DNA of 64,000 bases from Gammaproteobacteria bacterium (GCA_965116795.1 OZ220716.1:651362-715361); one strand, 5' to 3'; positions 39,220-49,284 are shown, numbered from the stretch's first letter. The notes: generated by a model from the letters alone, not told the origin. Program-made: numbers and translations.

Positions 39220-40203
39220 ATGATGAAAACGACTACAGCAACAACAACAGTAGCATCTAATCATAAAACAGCAACATCATCGTATTATCATTCCACATTA
39301 ACTACCTTGTTCATCCATCATCGTCAATGCGCATATTTAAGTTTAAAACGCATGTGTCAACATCCACTTGCCAGCTTATTAACATTATTAGTACTTGCAG
39401 TGTCATTAGCCTTGCCAGCGTTATTAACCGTACTGCTTAGCAATGCGACTACCATGAGTCATAATTGGAATAGCAGTGCACGTATTTCAGTGTATTTATC
39501 GGTTAACAGTAATCAACAGCGTGCTGAACAAATCGTCACTTTATTGAAAGAACGTTATCAGTTGCAGGCTATTCGCTATATTTCACCGAGTGAAGGATTA
39601 GCTCAATTTGAACATGATACTGGAATTGAACATGTATTAGCTCAGCTGCAACGCAATCCCCTGCCTGGCGTGATTGAAATAACGCCAGCGACTACAGTCA
39701 CTGCTAAACAATTAGAAACGTTATCCGAGCAAGTGCAACAATTTCCAGGTGTTGATTCAGTGCAATTAGATTTAGCCTGGGTAAAACGATTGCATAATAT
39801 TATTATCTTTGCTAAGCGAGTGATCAGTGTATTAGCAATATTATTGGCATCAGCTGTGTTATTGGTAGTAGGTAACACGATTCGATTGGCTACGCAAAAT
39901 CGTCAACAGGAAATTATGGTGATGAAGTTAATCGGGGCAACCAATGCGTTTATTCGCCGCCCATTTTTATATACGGGTATATTTTACGGGACGTTTGGTG
40001 CATTAATGGCTTGGGTAATGGTAACAGTCGTGATCATGTGGCTAAGGCAACCGGTTGCACGTTTGGCAACGTCATATCACAGTGATTTTCACTTGCATGG
40101 TTTACTATTAACGGGCGGTTTACAATTAGTACTGATCGGGGCTGCACTTGGATTAAATGGGGCAGCATTGGCGGTGAACCTGCATTTGCGCCAACTTGAT
40201 TAG
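39220..40203 (+). CDS. ftsX: Cell-division permease-like protein
   Basis: Follows ftsE, has four TM segments, and has a Thr-rich N-terminal extension. Confidence 0.85.
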   Translation: MMKTTTATTTVASNHKTATSSYYHSTLTTLFIHHRQCAYLSLKRMCQHPLASLLTLLVLAVSLALPALLTVLLSNATTMSHNWNSSARISVYLSVNSNQQRAEQIVTLLKERYQLQAIRYISPSEGLAQFEHDTGIEHVLAQLQRNPLPGVIEITPATTVTAKQLETLSEQVQQFPGVDSVQLDLAWVKRLHNIIIFAKRVISVLAILLASAVLLVVGNTIRLATQNRQQEIMVMKLIGATNAFIRRPFLYTGIFYGTFGALMAWVMVTVVIMWLRQPVARLATSYHSDFHLHGLLLTGGLQLVLIGAALGLNGAALAVNLHLRQLD

Positions 40204-40257
40204 GATGACGATGCTTTATAATAGGTATGTGTATAGTAAACACAGGGAAGATAACCA

Positions 40258-41385
40258 GTGACAACTGCTATTACGGATCAACACGCTACTGTTGATATTC
40301 AATTAGACGCCAGTCGCATTCAATGCCGTGGAACCTGGACAACCGATAGTGTTGCTAGTGTGCAACAACTGTTACAAAGCGTTACTTGGTCTGGTACACA
40401 ACCGCTGACAATTGATGGTAGTGCAATCACACGATTAGACAGTGCTGGTGCATGGTTAATTCGTAAAATCATGCAAGTGATTCATACCCAAGGCGGTTCA
40501 GTAGAGTTGGTTGGGTTTAGCCGTGAACAAACCGATTTAATTCAGTTATTACAACAACAATCAGTCCCCGATCGTGTTAAGTCTAAAAAAATATCATGGC
40601 TATCTATGATGGGGTTACGTATTTGTTATGCTGTCACGCATGGTTGTGCGGTGCTTGCATTTATTGGTGAAACAAGTCACTACTTATTGCGCATGGTATG
40701 TCGCCCGACACGCTTACACGGGCATGAATTAGCGAGAGTGATTGAACGAACAGGTTATCATGCGTTACCAATTATTGCATTATTAGCCTATTTAATCGGC
40801 GTGGTATTGGCGTATCAAATGGGGATCCAGTTAAAAAATTATGGCGCTAATATTTATATTGTTAATTTGTTAGGGATTGCTATTTTACGTGAATTTGGTC
40901 CGTTAATTACAGCGATCATTGTCGCTGGTCGTACCGGTGCAGCCTATACTGCTGAAATTGGTACGATGAAAGTTAATGAAGAAATCGATGCGTTACACAC
41001 ATTAGGCGTTGCTCCAGCAGATATTCTCAGTATCCCACGTATCATCGGTTTAATTATTGTTGTACCACTACTGACTATTTGGGCTGATCTGTTTGGTTTA
41101 TTAGGTGGTATGGTAATGGCAAACAGTATGTTAGATATCGATTTTTATAGTTTCTTGCAAGAATTCCAAGAAGTCATTTCATTTCGCACGTATTACCTTG
41201 GCATGATCAAAGCGCCTGTATTTGCATTATTAATTGGTGGTGTCGGTTGTTACCATGGTTTTCGAGTCAAAGGTGGCGCTGATAGTGTTGGCCATGAAAC
41301 TACTAAAAGTGTGGTGCATTCTATTTTCTTAATTATTGTCGCTGATGCGATCTTTTCGGTGATCTTTGGATGGCAAAACATATGA
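40258..41385 (+). CDS. MlaE/YrbE-family ABC permease with an N-terminal STAS (anti-sigma-antagonist-like) domain
   Basis: The first ~100 aa form a STAS-like domain (TIDGSAITRLDSAGAWLIRKI), then the MlaE permease core. Confidence 0.8.
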   Translation: MTTAITDQHATVDIQLDASRIQCRGTWTTDSVASVQQLLQSVTWSGTQPLTIDGSAITRLDSAGAWLIRKIMQVIHTQGGSVELVGFSREQTDLIQLLQQQSVPDRVKSKKISWLSMMGLRICYAVTHGCAVLAFIGETSHYLLRMVCRPTRLHGHELARVIERTGYHALPIIALLAYLIGVVLAYQMGIQLKNYGANIYIVNLLGIAILREFGPLITAIIVAGRTGAAYTAEIGTMKVNEEIDALHTLGVAPADILSIPRIIGLIIVVPLLTIWADLFGLLGGMVMANSMLDIDFYSFLQEFQEVISFRTYYLGMIKAPVFALLIGGVGCYHGFRVKGGADSVGHETTKSVVHSIFLIIVADAIFSVIFGWQNI

Positions 41386-42173
41386 ATGACCAACAAAATA
41401 CAACGCCATCACCGGTTGTGATCGATGTACGCGATTTACAAGTTTGTTTTGGTGAACAAACCGTATTAGATGGGGTTAATCTAACAATACATGCGGGTGA
41501 AATCGTTGCGATCGTTGGCGGCAGTGGTGCGGGTAAATCAACATTGTTGCGTTGCATGGTGATGTTACAAGCCTTTACTGCGGGTACCATTAATTTATTA
41601 GGTAAAGACATTGTCCGTTTGACTCGATCAGAATTGATGTGGTTACGCCGTCATTGGGGGATGATGTTTCAACATGGTGCATTATTCGGTTCAATGACAG
41701 TCGCACAAAATGTTGAATTTCCCTTACGAAAACATACTAATTTAAGCCGTGCAATGATCCGTGAATTGGCCTTGTTAAAGATTGTGATGACGGGGTTGGC
41801 AGCGGAGGCTGCAGTTAAATACCCGGATGAATTAAGTGGTGGCATGCAAAAACGGGCTGCGTTAGCGCGTGCACTAGCATTGGATCCAACATTATTGTTT
41901 TTAGATGAACCAACAGCCGGTTTAGATCCACAAGGTGCAAATGGTTTGGATGAATTAGTGCTGGATTTGCGTTCAAGCCTTAATTTAACTATGGTCATAG
42001 TGACGCATGACATTGACACGTTATGGCGTGTTGCTGATAAAGTAGCCTTTTTAGCGAATGGTAAATTGATTGCAGTGGACACCATGCAAAATTTAGTAAA
42101 CAGTCAGGATCCGATTATTAAACGTTATTTTAATGGGCCACGTGCTAGGGCAGCACAGGTGGAATATACATAA
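41370..42173 (+). CDS. MlaF-family ABC ATPase
   Basis: Walker A GGSGAGKST, signature LSGGMQKR. Confidence 0.85.
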   Translation: MAKHMNDQQNTTPSPVVIDVRDLQVCFGEQTVLDGVNLTIHAGEIVAIVGGSGAGKSTLLRCMVMLQAFTAGTINLLGKDIVRLTRSELMWLRRHWGMMFQHGALFGSMTVAQNVEFPLRKHTNLSRAMIRELALLKIVMTGLAAEAAVKYPDELSGGMQKRAALARALALDPTLLFLDEPTAGLDPQGANGLDELVLDLRSSLNLTMVIVTHDIDTLWRVADKVAFLANGKLIAVDTMQNLVNSQDPIIKRYFNGPRARAAQVEYT

Positions 42174-42346
42174 ACCCCAGTTCGGAGTTTTTTCACTATT
42201 AGGTCAAGTAGTTAGCTTAGGTTCAAGGCAAAACTTGAAAAAAAGCGTAGGACTAGCAGCGCTAATGCGAGCATTTTTTTCAAGTTTTAACGCAGAAATT
42301 GGGCTAAATGCGCCGAGCTAATAGTGAAAAAACTCCGAACTGGGGT
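42173..42346. repeat. ~170-bp palindromic element with 30-bp perfect terminal inverted repeats and a nested inner palindrome, between the MlaF and MlaD genes
   Basis: AACCCCAGTTCGGAGTTTTTTCACTATTAG ... CTAATAGTGAAAAAACTCCGAACTGGGGTT. Inner pair aaacttgaaaaaaa / tttttttcaagttt. Confidence 0.8.
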
Positions 42347-42370
42347 TACATAACCATAGGATAGTATAAC

Positions 42371-43279
42371 GTGGGTGGTAGAGTAAATTACGCAATTGTT
42401 GGTGTGTTTGTTATATTGCTAACAGCAATGGTGATCACTGTTGGTTTATGGTTAAGTGAATTGTTAACCCGGCATGCTGCTTATGATACATATATTACGT
42501 ATTTAGATGAGTCAGTGTCTGGGTTAAATATTAATTCACCGGTGAGACTGAATGGCATTGTTGTCGGTTTTGTTGAACAAATCTCACTTAACAAAAATAA
42601 TCTCAAGCAAGTTAAATTAGTGTTAAATATTCAACAAGGCACGCCAATTACTGAAGATACCCAAGCATCGTTGCGTATGCGGGGGTTAACCGGCATTGCC
42701 TATGTTGAACTTGATCCACAGGGTAAGAATAATCAGTTGTTACATCCAACCTCAACTAACCCGACGCCAGTGATCCAGTCGACAACATCGTTTTTTAATA
42801 ATATGCAAACAGAAGTCACTAAGCTTGCCAAGAATTTAACGGATATCAGTGACAGTTTGCATGATGTATTGAACCATGAGAATCAACGAAACTTGCAACA
42901 AGGGTTAGCTAAACTAAATCAAACATTGGATTATGTAAACAAAATTGCGCATAATACAGAAATGGCTAGCCATCATTTTCCCGAAGTTGTGGACAGTATT
43001 CAGCGCAGTGCAGACGCGTTTGCGACCATGACAACGAATATTGATCAAACCAGTGCGCAAGTTGCGCAAACAATGCAAGATGGTGAACTGGCAATTGAAA
43101 CAATGTCAACGCAAGTGATGCCAGTCGCCGTTGATTTGCTGACAAAATTGCAAGTTGTGATGACAAATTTAGGTTTATTAAGTGGTGAATTACGCCAAAA
43201 TCCATCAATGTTAATTCGAGGCCGTAACATGGCAGCATTAGGTCCTGGTGAACAATCAGTACAGGAAAAACAGAAATGA
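42371..43279 (+). CDS. MlaD/Mce-family periplasmic substrate-binding protein
   Basis: N-terminal TM followed by an MCE domain (SGLNINSPVRLNGIVVGFVEQI). Confidence 0.8.
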   Translation: MGGRVNYAIVGVFVILLTAMVITVGLWLSELLTRHAAYDTYITYLDESVSGLNINSPVRLNGIVVGFVEQISLNKNNLKQVKLVLNIQQGTPITEDTQASLRMRGLTGIAYVELDPQGKNNQLLHPTSTNPTPVIQSTTSFFNNMQTEVTKLAKNLTDISDSLHDVLNHENQRNLQQGLAKLNQTLDYVNKIAHNTEMASHHFPEVVDSIQRSADAFATMTTNIDQTSAQVAQTMQDGELAIETMSTQVMPVAVDLLTKLQVVMTNLGLLSGELRQNPSMLIRGRNMAALGPGEQSVQEKQK

Positions 43280-43917
43280 TCCGACGTTATTATCAATATA
43301 TATTAGTCAGCATTAGCTGTTTAGTATTATCAGCTTGTTCGTTGTTTAAACCGGTAAATGTGCCACCGTTGCAAACCTACCGGCTTGATCCCTCACCAGT
43401 TGCTATTGTTAAGGGCAAGAAAACCCATGTGAGTCTGTTAGTACAAATGCCAAATATGAATCCGGGTTTTCGCACGCAACGCATGGCATATGTCACTCAA
43501 GATTTTAAAGTCGGTTATTACAGTCAAAATCAATGGGCAGGTTCAACCAGTGATATGTTGTTACCATTGATCGCACAGGCATTGGAAAAAACTGGTCATT
43601 ATACTGCAGTGGTAACACCACCGTTTGCTAGTTTTGTTGATTTGGAATTAGATACGCAAGTATTATCGCTATATCAAGATTTTCGTGAAAAGCCCAGTCG
43701 CATCCACTTACGTATTGTTGCGCAATTATTAGATCGGCGTACCAATGCCGTTGTCGCAACCCGCGATTTTGTCATCGATCAAGCAGCACCGGCTGATACA
43801 CCTTATGGCGGTGTTGTCGCTGCAAATAAAGCCGCTGCTAAATTCTTAACGCAGTTAACCCAGTTCTGCGTTGCATACAATGTAAAACCCACTGTATCTA
43901 AGCATTCTACTACATAA
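43276..43917 (+). CDS. ABC-transport auxiliary lipoprotein (DUF330 / LinN-like)
   Basis: Lipobox LVLSACS. Position after the Mce gene matches LinKLMN-type systems. Confidence 0.7.
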   Translation: MIRRYYQYILVSISCLVLSACSLFKPVNVPPLQTYRLDPSPVAIVKGKKTHVSLLVQMPNMNPGFRTQRMAYVTQDFKVGYYSQNQWAGSTSDMLLPLIAQALEKTGHYTAVVTPPFASFVDLELDTQVLSLYQDFREKPSRIHLRIVAQLLDRRTNAVVATRDFVIDQAAPADTPYGGVVAANKAAAKFLTQLTQFCVAYNVKPTVSKHSTT

Positions 43918-43963
43918 CGCGTCATGCCCGGCCTGTCTCGGCGTAGCTGTAAGCGGAGCCGGA
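43918..43963. repeat. Repeat family D copy overlapping the 3' end of the EnvC-like gene
   Basis: cgtcatgcccggcctgtctcggcgtagctgtaagcggagccgg. Its reverse complement encodes the C-terminal SGSAYSYAETGRA and stop of the 43922-45127 CDS. Related copy at 57209-57257. Confidence 0.65.
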
Positions 43964-45127
43964 ACACCACTGCATTGGATTAACAGCAACACCATTATGT
44001 CGGATCGCGAAGTATAACCCGGGCTGTGCTTGTGCACCGCTTTGTCCAACCAATGCAATGGCATCGCCTTGACTAACAACATCCCCGCTGTTTTTTGTTA
44101 ATAATTGATTATGACCGTATAAACTCATATAACCACCACCGTGATCGATAATCAACAATAATCCCATGCCACGTAACCAGTCAGCAAACACAACTTTACC
44201 TGGTGCAATCGCTTTCACATCTTGTCCGGCTGGTGCGGCGATGATCATCCCGTGCAGTGATAAGTCACGTTGATTGGATAATGAATCATTAAAGCTAACA
44301 ACGGTTCTGCCTATGGTTGGCATCGGCAATTTGCCTCGGTATCGCTTAAACGTAGTGAAGTCGGTTTGATTGCTTGCAGCCCTTAATTTTTTGAGCAATG
44401 CAGTTAACGCTTTTTTATCACTATCAAGCTTATTAAGTTGTTTATTTTTAGTGTTTAATTGGTTGCGTATTTCATTCAACAATTTCTGCTGTTTTTGTTG
44501 TTGTACTAATAATATATTTTTTTGTTTAGCTTGTTTTTGCTTAAGCGATGTCAATTGTACTGTTTGTAGTTGAATAGTTTTTTCATTGTTGTGTAATGCA
44601 GATAACGTCGATCGCATCTGATCAATGCGTTGTGAATGTGCTTGATTAACATAACGGTAATAAGTCAGTGTGCGACTTATGTCGCTAATAGATGATTTAT
44701 TTAATAAAAGTTTCATTGGATCATGTTGGGTTAATCGAGCAGCATGACGTAACTGTTGCGCTAATGTATCACGTTGTTTGGTTAAATTATGTTGTAAGGT
44801 TGCTTGTTGTTTACGTAAATTTAACAATAATTTAGATTGTTGTTTTAATTTTTTTTGAGTAACCGTTAAATCAGCTGCGCTAGTAGCAACAGATAAGTCA
44901 ATGCGTTTTAATTTGGTGTTGCTATATTTTACCCGTGTTTTTGCATCGACTAAGTCAGTTTTTAATTGTTTGATTTTGGTTAATACTTTTTTTAATTGTG
45001 AATCCGTTTGACTAATATTAGTTTGTGCCATTGTTGCTAGTGGCAACAGTAGGATTATAATGATAATTACACGATGCAGTTGATAAGTTATAGTTCGCAT
45101 TAACGTCTCAATTAATCTAATCATCAA
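43922..45127 (-). CDS. envC: Murein hydrolase activator, EnvC-like (coiled-coil plus M23/LytM domain)
   Basis: Long Q/K-rich coiled coil and a C-terminal LytM domain (IDHGGGYMSLYGHN). Lies upstream of gpmI, as in E. coli. Confidence 0.8.
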   Translation of the reverse strand: MMIRLIETLMRTITYQLHRVIIIIILLLPLATMAQTNISQTDSQLKKVLTKIKQLKTDLVDAKTRVKYSNTKLKRIDLSVATSAADLTVTQKKLKQQSKLLLNLRKQQATLQHNLTKQRDTLAQQLRHAARLTQHDPMKLLLNKSSISDISRTLTYYRYVNQAHSQRIDQMRSTLSALHNNEKTIQLQTVQLTSLKQKQAKQKNILLVQQQKQQKLLNEIRNQLNTKNKQLNKLDSDKKALTALLKKLRAASNQTDFTTFKRYRGKLPMPTIGRTVVSFNDSLSNQRDLSLHGMIIAAPAGQDVKAIAPGKVVFADWLRGMGLLLIIDHGGGYMSLYGHNQLLTKNSGDVVSQGDAIALVGQSGAQAQPGLYFAIRHNGVAVNPMQWCSGSAYSYAETGRA

Positions 45128-46643
45128 GCTTAAAGATAGATTGCCCCGTCATTTCAGTTGGGATTGCTAAGCCTAACAATGATAATACCGTGGGTGCAAT
45201 ATCAGCAAGAATGCCTTGTTGATGTACACAATGAGCTGGACGGCCTTTGTAAATAAACGGTACCGGTTCACTGGTATGTGCAGTATGTGCTTGCCCACTC
45301 GTTGAGTCAGCCATTTGTTCAACATTACCGTGATCAGCGGTAATTAATAATTCGCCCCCAACAGCTGTTAATGCGGTAAGTACGCGCCCAATGCACTTAT
45401 CTAACACGGTGACTGCTTTAATGGCTGCATTTAAATTACCAGTGTGGCCAACCATGTCCGCATTTGCATAATTACAAATGATCATATCGTATTGTTTTTT
45501 ATTAATGGCTGCAATTAATGCATCCGTTAATGCTGGTGCACTCATTTCAGGTTGTAAATCATAAGTGGTTACTTTCGGCGATGGGATTAATTGACGCTCT
45601 TCTAATGAAAATGGTTGTTCAATACCGCCATTAAAGAAAAAGGTGACGTGTGCGTATTTTTCCGTTTCAGCTAAACGCAATTGATGCAATTGCTTACTGG
45701 CTAAGTATTCACCTAAACAATTATGAATGACTTGCGGTGGGTAAACAACAGTTGTTAGTAGATCATCTGCGTATTTAGTTAAACTTAAAAAGGTTGTTAG
45801 CGGAATAATTGGCGTGTCGCGTTCATTTAACGTTGGTTCGATGAATATTCGAGTTAATTGACGTGCACGATCAGCGCGAAAGTTCATGAATAATACACTG
45901 TCACCAGCGCGGATCGGATGGCCTTTGCCGATTTGTGTTGCTTGCACAAATTCATCGGTTTCACCACGTGCATAGGCAGCGCGTAATCCTGCTTCAGCGC
46001 TATCAGCGCTGTGTATTGTGTGGATTCCTGTGAGTAGTTCATATGCTTGTTTGATCCGATCCCAACGATTGTCACGATCCATTGCATAATAACGTCCAAT
46101 GATACTAGCAATCTTACCAACGTTAGTGTGTTGTAATTGTGCTTCTACTGTTTGTAATGAAGCTAATGCACTTTGTGGAGGGGTGTCACGTCCATCTAAA
46201 AACGCATGCACGGCAACATTGTGTAACTGTTGTTGAGCAGCTAATGTGATTGCGGCTTGAATATGTTGTTGGTGACTGTGTACACCACCTGGTGATAATA
46301 AGCCTAAGATGTGTAAGCATCCATTATTGGCTTTGGTACGTGCAATTGCATCGAGCAATACAGGGTGTTGGTAAAATTCACCGTTGTTAATCGCATGAGT
46401 GATCCGTGTATAATCTTGCGGCACGATGCGCCCAGCGCCTATGTTTAAATGCCCGACTTCAGAATTACCCATTTGCCCGCTAGGTAGGCCGACATCATCA
46501 CCGGAGCCGCTGATCAATGCATGTGGGCAGGTTTGCCATAAGTGATCCCAATTCGGTGTATTGGCTAATGCAATCGCATTATTATCGGATTGTTCACGGT
46601 AACCCCAGCCGTCTAAGATCATCAATACTAGTGGTGTCGTCAT
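45117..46643 (-). CDS. gpmI: 2,3-bisphosphoglycerate-independent phosphoglycerate mutase
   Basis: 508 aa with the typical iPGM N-terminus (LMILDGWG). Confidence 0.9.
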   Translation of the reverse strand: MTTPLVLMILDGWGYREQSDNNAIALANTPNWDHLWQTCPHALISGSGDDVGLPSGQMGNSEVGHLNIGAGRIVPQDYTRITHAINNGEFYQHPVLLDAIARTKANNGCLHILGLLSPGGVHSHQQHIQAAITLAAQQQLHNVAVHAFLDGRDTPPQSALASLQTVEAQLQHTNVGKIASIIGRYYAMDRDNRWDRIKQAYELLTGIHTIHSADSAEAGLRAAYARGETDEFVQATQIGKGHPIRAGDSVLFMNFRADRARQLTRIFIEPTLNERDTPIIPLTTFLSLTKYADDLLTTVVYPPQVIHNCLGEYLASKQLHQLRLAETEKYAHVTFFFNGGIEQPFSLEERQLIPSPKVTTYDLQPEMSAPALTDALIAAINKKQYDMIICNYANADMVGHTGNLNAAIKAVTVLDKCIGRVLTALTAVGGELLITADHGNVEQMADSTSGQAHTAHTSEPVPFIYKGRPAHCVHQQGILADIAPTVLSLLGLAIPTEMTGQSIFKLDD

Positions 46644-46772
46644 ATTTATTTCATACTAACAATAATTACCATTGCAATCATAGCAAAATAGCCTACCGCT
46701 TTTATAGGGTTTTTGCTACAATTACTCGCATTTTCTTAAATTACACTGGATAACTTACAAAGGCACATTGCA

Positions 46773-47192
46773 ATGGATCAATTATTATCTTTTTTCTTGG
46801 AACACTGGATACTGTCCAGCGCGTTTATTATTGTATTAGGATTACTGATAACAACTGGGCAAGCATCCGCTGCACATGGAGTACGTTTGTTAACAGCAGA
46901 TGACATGGTGATGTTGATGAATCGTGAAAAAACCACTGTGATCGATATTCGCTCTGCAGATGCCTTTAAACAAGGCCATATTTTGGGGGCAGTTTCCCTA
47001 CCTGATGCTGAGCCTAGTGCATTTGCATCTGGTTTTGATAAAACCGTACCAATGGTGATCGTTGGACAAGCTGAAACATCTGCACTACGCTTAGCAAGCA
47101 AATTAGTCAAACAAGACTATAAACAAGTATGTTGTTTACGTGGTGGGTTAGCAACATGGCGTGAAGCAAATCTGCCGTTAACTCAGCAATAA
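46773..47192 (+). CDS. Rhodanese-domain protein (YibN-like) with an N-terminal TM
   Basis: Rhodanese active-site region CCLRGGLATWREANLP. Position before secB-gpsA matches E. coli yibN. Confidence 0.7.
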   Translation: MDQLLSFFLEHWILSSAFIIVLGLLITTGQASAAHGVRLLTADDMVMLMNREKTTVIDIRSADAFKQGHILGAVSLPDAEPSAFASGFDKTVPMVIVGQAETSALRLASKLVKQDYKQVCCLRGGLATWREANLPLTQQ

Positions 47193-47227
47193 CATGTAGA
47201 CCAATTAACTTATTTAGGGACATAATT

Positions 47228-47746
47228 ATGGTGAAAAAAACCACTGCTAAAAAATCAACTGCTAAAACCAAAGTGGCTGCATCAACTGATGCGACATCGT
47301 CGCAACAAAATAATAAAGCCACTGTCGACATTCAAAAGATTTATATTAAAGACGTTTCTTATGAAGCACCAAATACCCCTGCAATGTTTCGTGGACAATG
47401 GCAACCACATGTTAATTTAGAATTAAATACAAGTAATTCATCCTTAGATAACGATGTACACGAAGTCGTATTAGATGTAACGGTAACGGTTACGTTAGAA
47501 GAGAAAATAGCGTTTGTTATTCAAGTAAAACATGCTGGGATCTTTGCCATTGCTGGTCTTGAAGGTGACATATTGGAGCATACCTTAGGTAGTTTCTGTC
47601 CGAATATTATCTTTCCTTATTTGCGCGAAGTCGTATCTGATCTGGTTATTAAAGGTGGCTTTCCGCAATTGAATTTAACACCGATTAACTTTGAAGCGGT
47701 GTACCAACAATTCAAACAACAACAAGATGACAAACAAACCAAGTAA
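47228..47746 (+). CDS. secB: Protein-export chaperone SecB with a ~30 aa Lys/Ala-rich N-terminal extension
   Basis: IQKIYIKDVSYEAPNTP...GIFAIAGLEG...CPNIIFPYLRE matches the SecB core. Confidence 0.85.
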   Translation: MVKKTTAKKSTAKTKVAASTDATSSQQNNKATVDIQKIYIKDVSYEAPNTPAMFRGQWQPHVNLELNTSNSSLDNDVHEVVLDVTVTVTLEEKIAFVIQVKHAGIFAIAGLEGDILEHTLGSFCPNIIFPYLREVVSDLVIKGGFPQLNLTPINFEAVYQQFKQQQDDKQTK

Positions 47747-48740
47747 CACACATGGGCTGTGTATAGTAGGTGCAGGTTCTTGGGCAACTGCATTAGCCAT
47801 TACCAGTGCGCGTAATCATCAGTCAGTATGTCTGTGGGCACGCGATCCAGATGCGACCGCAACCATGACAGCTACGCGAGAAAATCAGCGTTATTTGCCC
47901 GGAATCACATTACCAGATGACATTACCTTAACTGCTGATTTAAAAACAGCAATACAATCGACACGTGATATTGTAATTTGCGTACCTAGTCATGCGTTTC
48001 GCGGATTACTACAACAGTTAGCACCATTATTACACCCACAACACCGTTTATGTTGGGCAACCAAAGGGCTTGATCCCAATACCAGTGCATTGTTGCATAC
48101 AGTCGTTAGTCAAGAGATCCCAACATCACCTACGATTGCGGTATTATCTGGACCAAGCTTTGCCACAGAAGTGGCTAAAGGATTACCCACCGCAATTACC
48201 ATTGCTAGTGAAGATGATCCATTTGCTGATGCATTGATTGGTTATTTTCATCATCAACGTTTTCGCGTGTATCGTAATCGTGATGTGATTGGGGTTGAAA
48301 TCGGTGGTGCGGTTAAGAATGTGTTAGCCATTGCCACCGGTGTTAGCGATGGATTAGGGTTTGGTGCCAATGCGCGTGCAGCGTTAATTACCCGAGGTTT
48401 ACAAGAAATTATTCGTCTAGGAACTGTATTAGGTGGGCAGCGTGACACGTTCATGGGATTAGCCGGCTTAGGTGACTTAGTATTAACCTGTACCGATGAT
48501 CAATCACGTAATCGCCGTTTTGGTTTGGCTATTGGGAAAGGACAGGATCGTCAACAAGCAGAAAAAGCCATTGGTCAGGTGGTTGAAGGCATCCGTAATG
48601 CTGATGATGTGTACCGTTTAGCGAAGCAACATCAGATCGATATGCCGATTGTTGCGCAAGTGCATGCTATTTTATATGACAATAAATCCCCTGAAGCTGC
48701 CGTAATATCATTAATGCAACGTGTCCCGACAGTGGAATGA
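47727..48740 (+). CDS. gpsA: NAD(P)H-dependent glycerol-3-phosphate dehydrogenase
   Basis: IVGAGSWATALA Rossmann motif and the GpsA core. The ORF begins at 47691, but the homologous start is the internal Met. Confidence 0.85.
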   Translation: MTNKPSNTHGLCIVGAGSWATALAITSARNHQSVCLWARDPDATATMTATRENQRYLPGITLPDDITLTADLKTAIQSTRDIVICVPSHAFRGLLQQLAPLLHPQHRLCWATKGLDPNTSALLHTVVSQEIPTSPTIAVLSGPSFATEVAKGLPTAITIASEDDPFADALIGYFHHQRFRVYRNRDVIGVEIGGAVKNVLAIATGVSDGLGFGANARAALITRGLQEIIRLGTVLGGQRDTFMGLAGLGDLVLTCTDDQSRNRRFGLAIGKGQDRQQAEKAIGQVVEGIRNADDVYRLAKQHQIDMPIVAQVHAILYDNKSPEAAVISLMQRVPTVE

Positions 48741-48786
48741 TAAATACTTCCAGCATTATTACATTTTTTAAAATACAACTTGCCTG

Positions 48787-49268
48787 TTTTAGAGCTCAGC
48801 TACGTTTACAACCCTGCGGGTCCTGTCGCTTGTGTCACCCCGCCGTACTCGCAAGCTGCGTGCGACGGGGACCCCACTCCAGCGCCACCCGCAGGGAAAT
48901 ACTAACGAATTACTTCATAATTTCTTATGGACTACCAGTGAGTTAATCTGGACTTAAACTGATGATCACTTAACAGTGTCTAGAGTCGACCACTGTTCTA
49001 GTTTTCCTTCTCTAATCAAATAATATGACTGTTAATTTAGCCTGGATGAGTTTAGCGATCTTATTATTGATGATATGTAGTTATTTAAATCGTAATAGAG
49101 AAATAAAATAGAGTTCATATATTTAAAGTTGTTAGGGAATTTTCAAGTTAAGTGGGCTTCAACTCATTGGCAAGTAATGGGGATTAAAGATGTACTGATT
49201 TAGTATTCCCCTGTGGGAGGCGCAAGCGACAGGACCCGCAGGGGTTCTAACGTAGCCCAAATCTAAAA
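48787..49268. mobile_element. Non-coding ~480-bp element bounded by ~45-bp imperfect terminal inverted repeats, MITE-like
   Basis: Left end ttttagagctcagctacgtttacaaccctgcgggtcctgtcgcttg. The right-end reverse complement is ttttagatttgggctacgttagaacccctgcgggtcctgtcgcttg. The interior is AT-rich with no ORF. Confidence 0.6.
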
Positions 49269-49284
49269 AAGTAGACTAAGGAAA

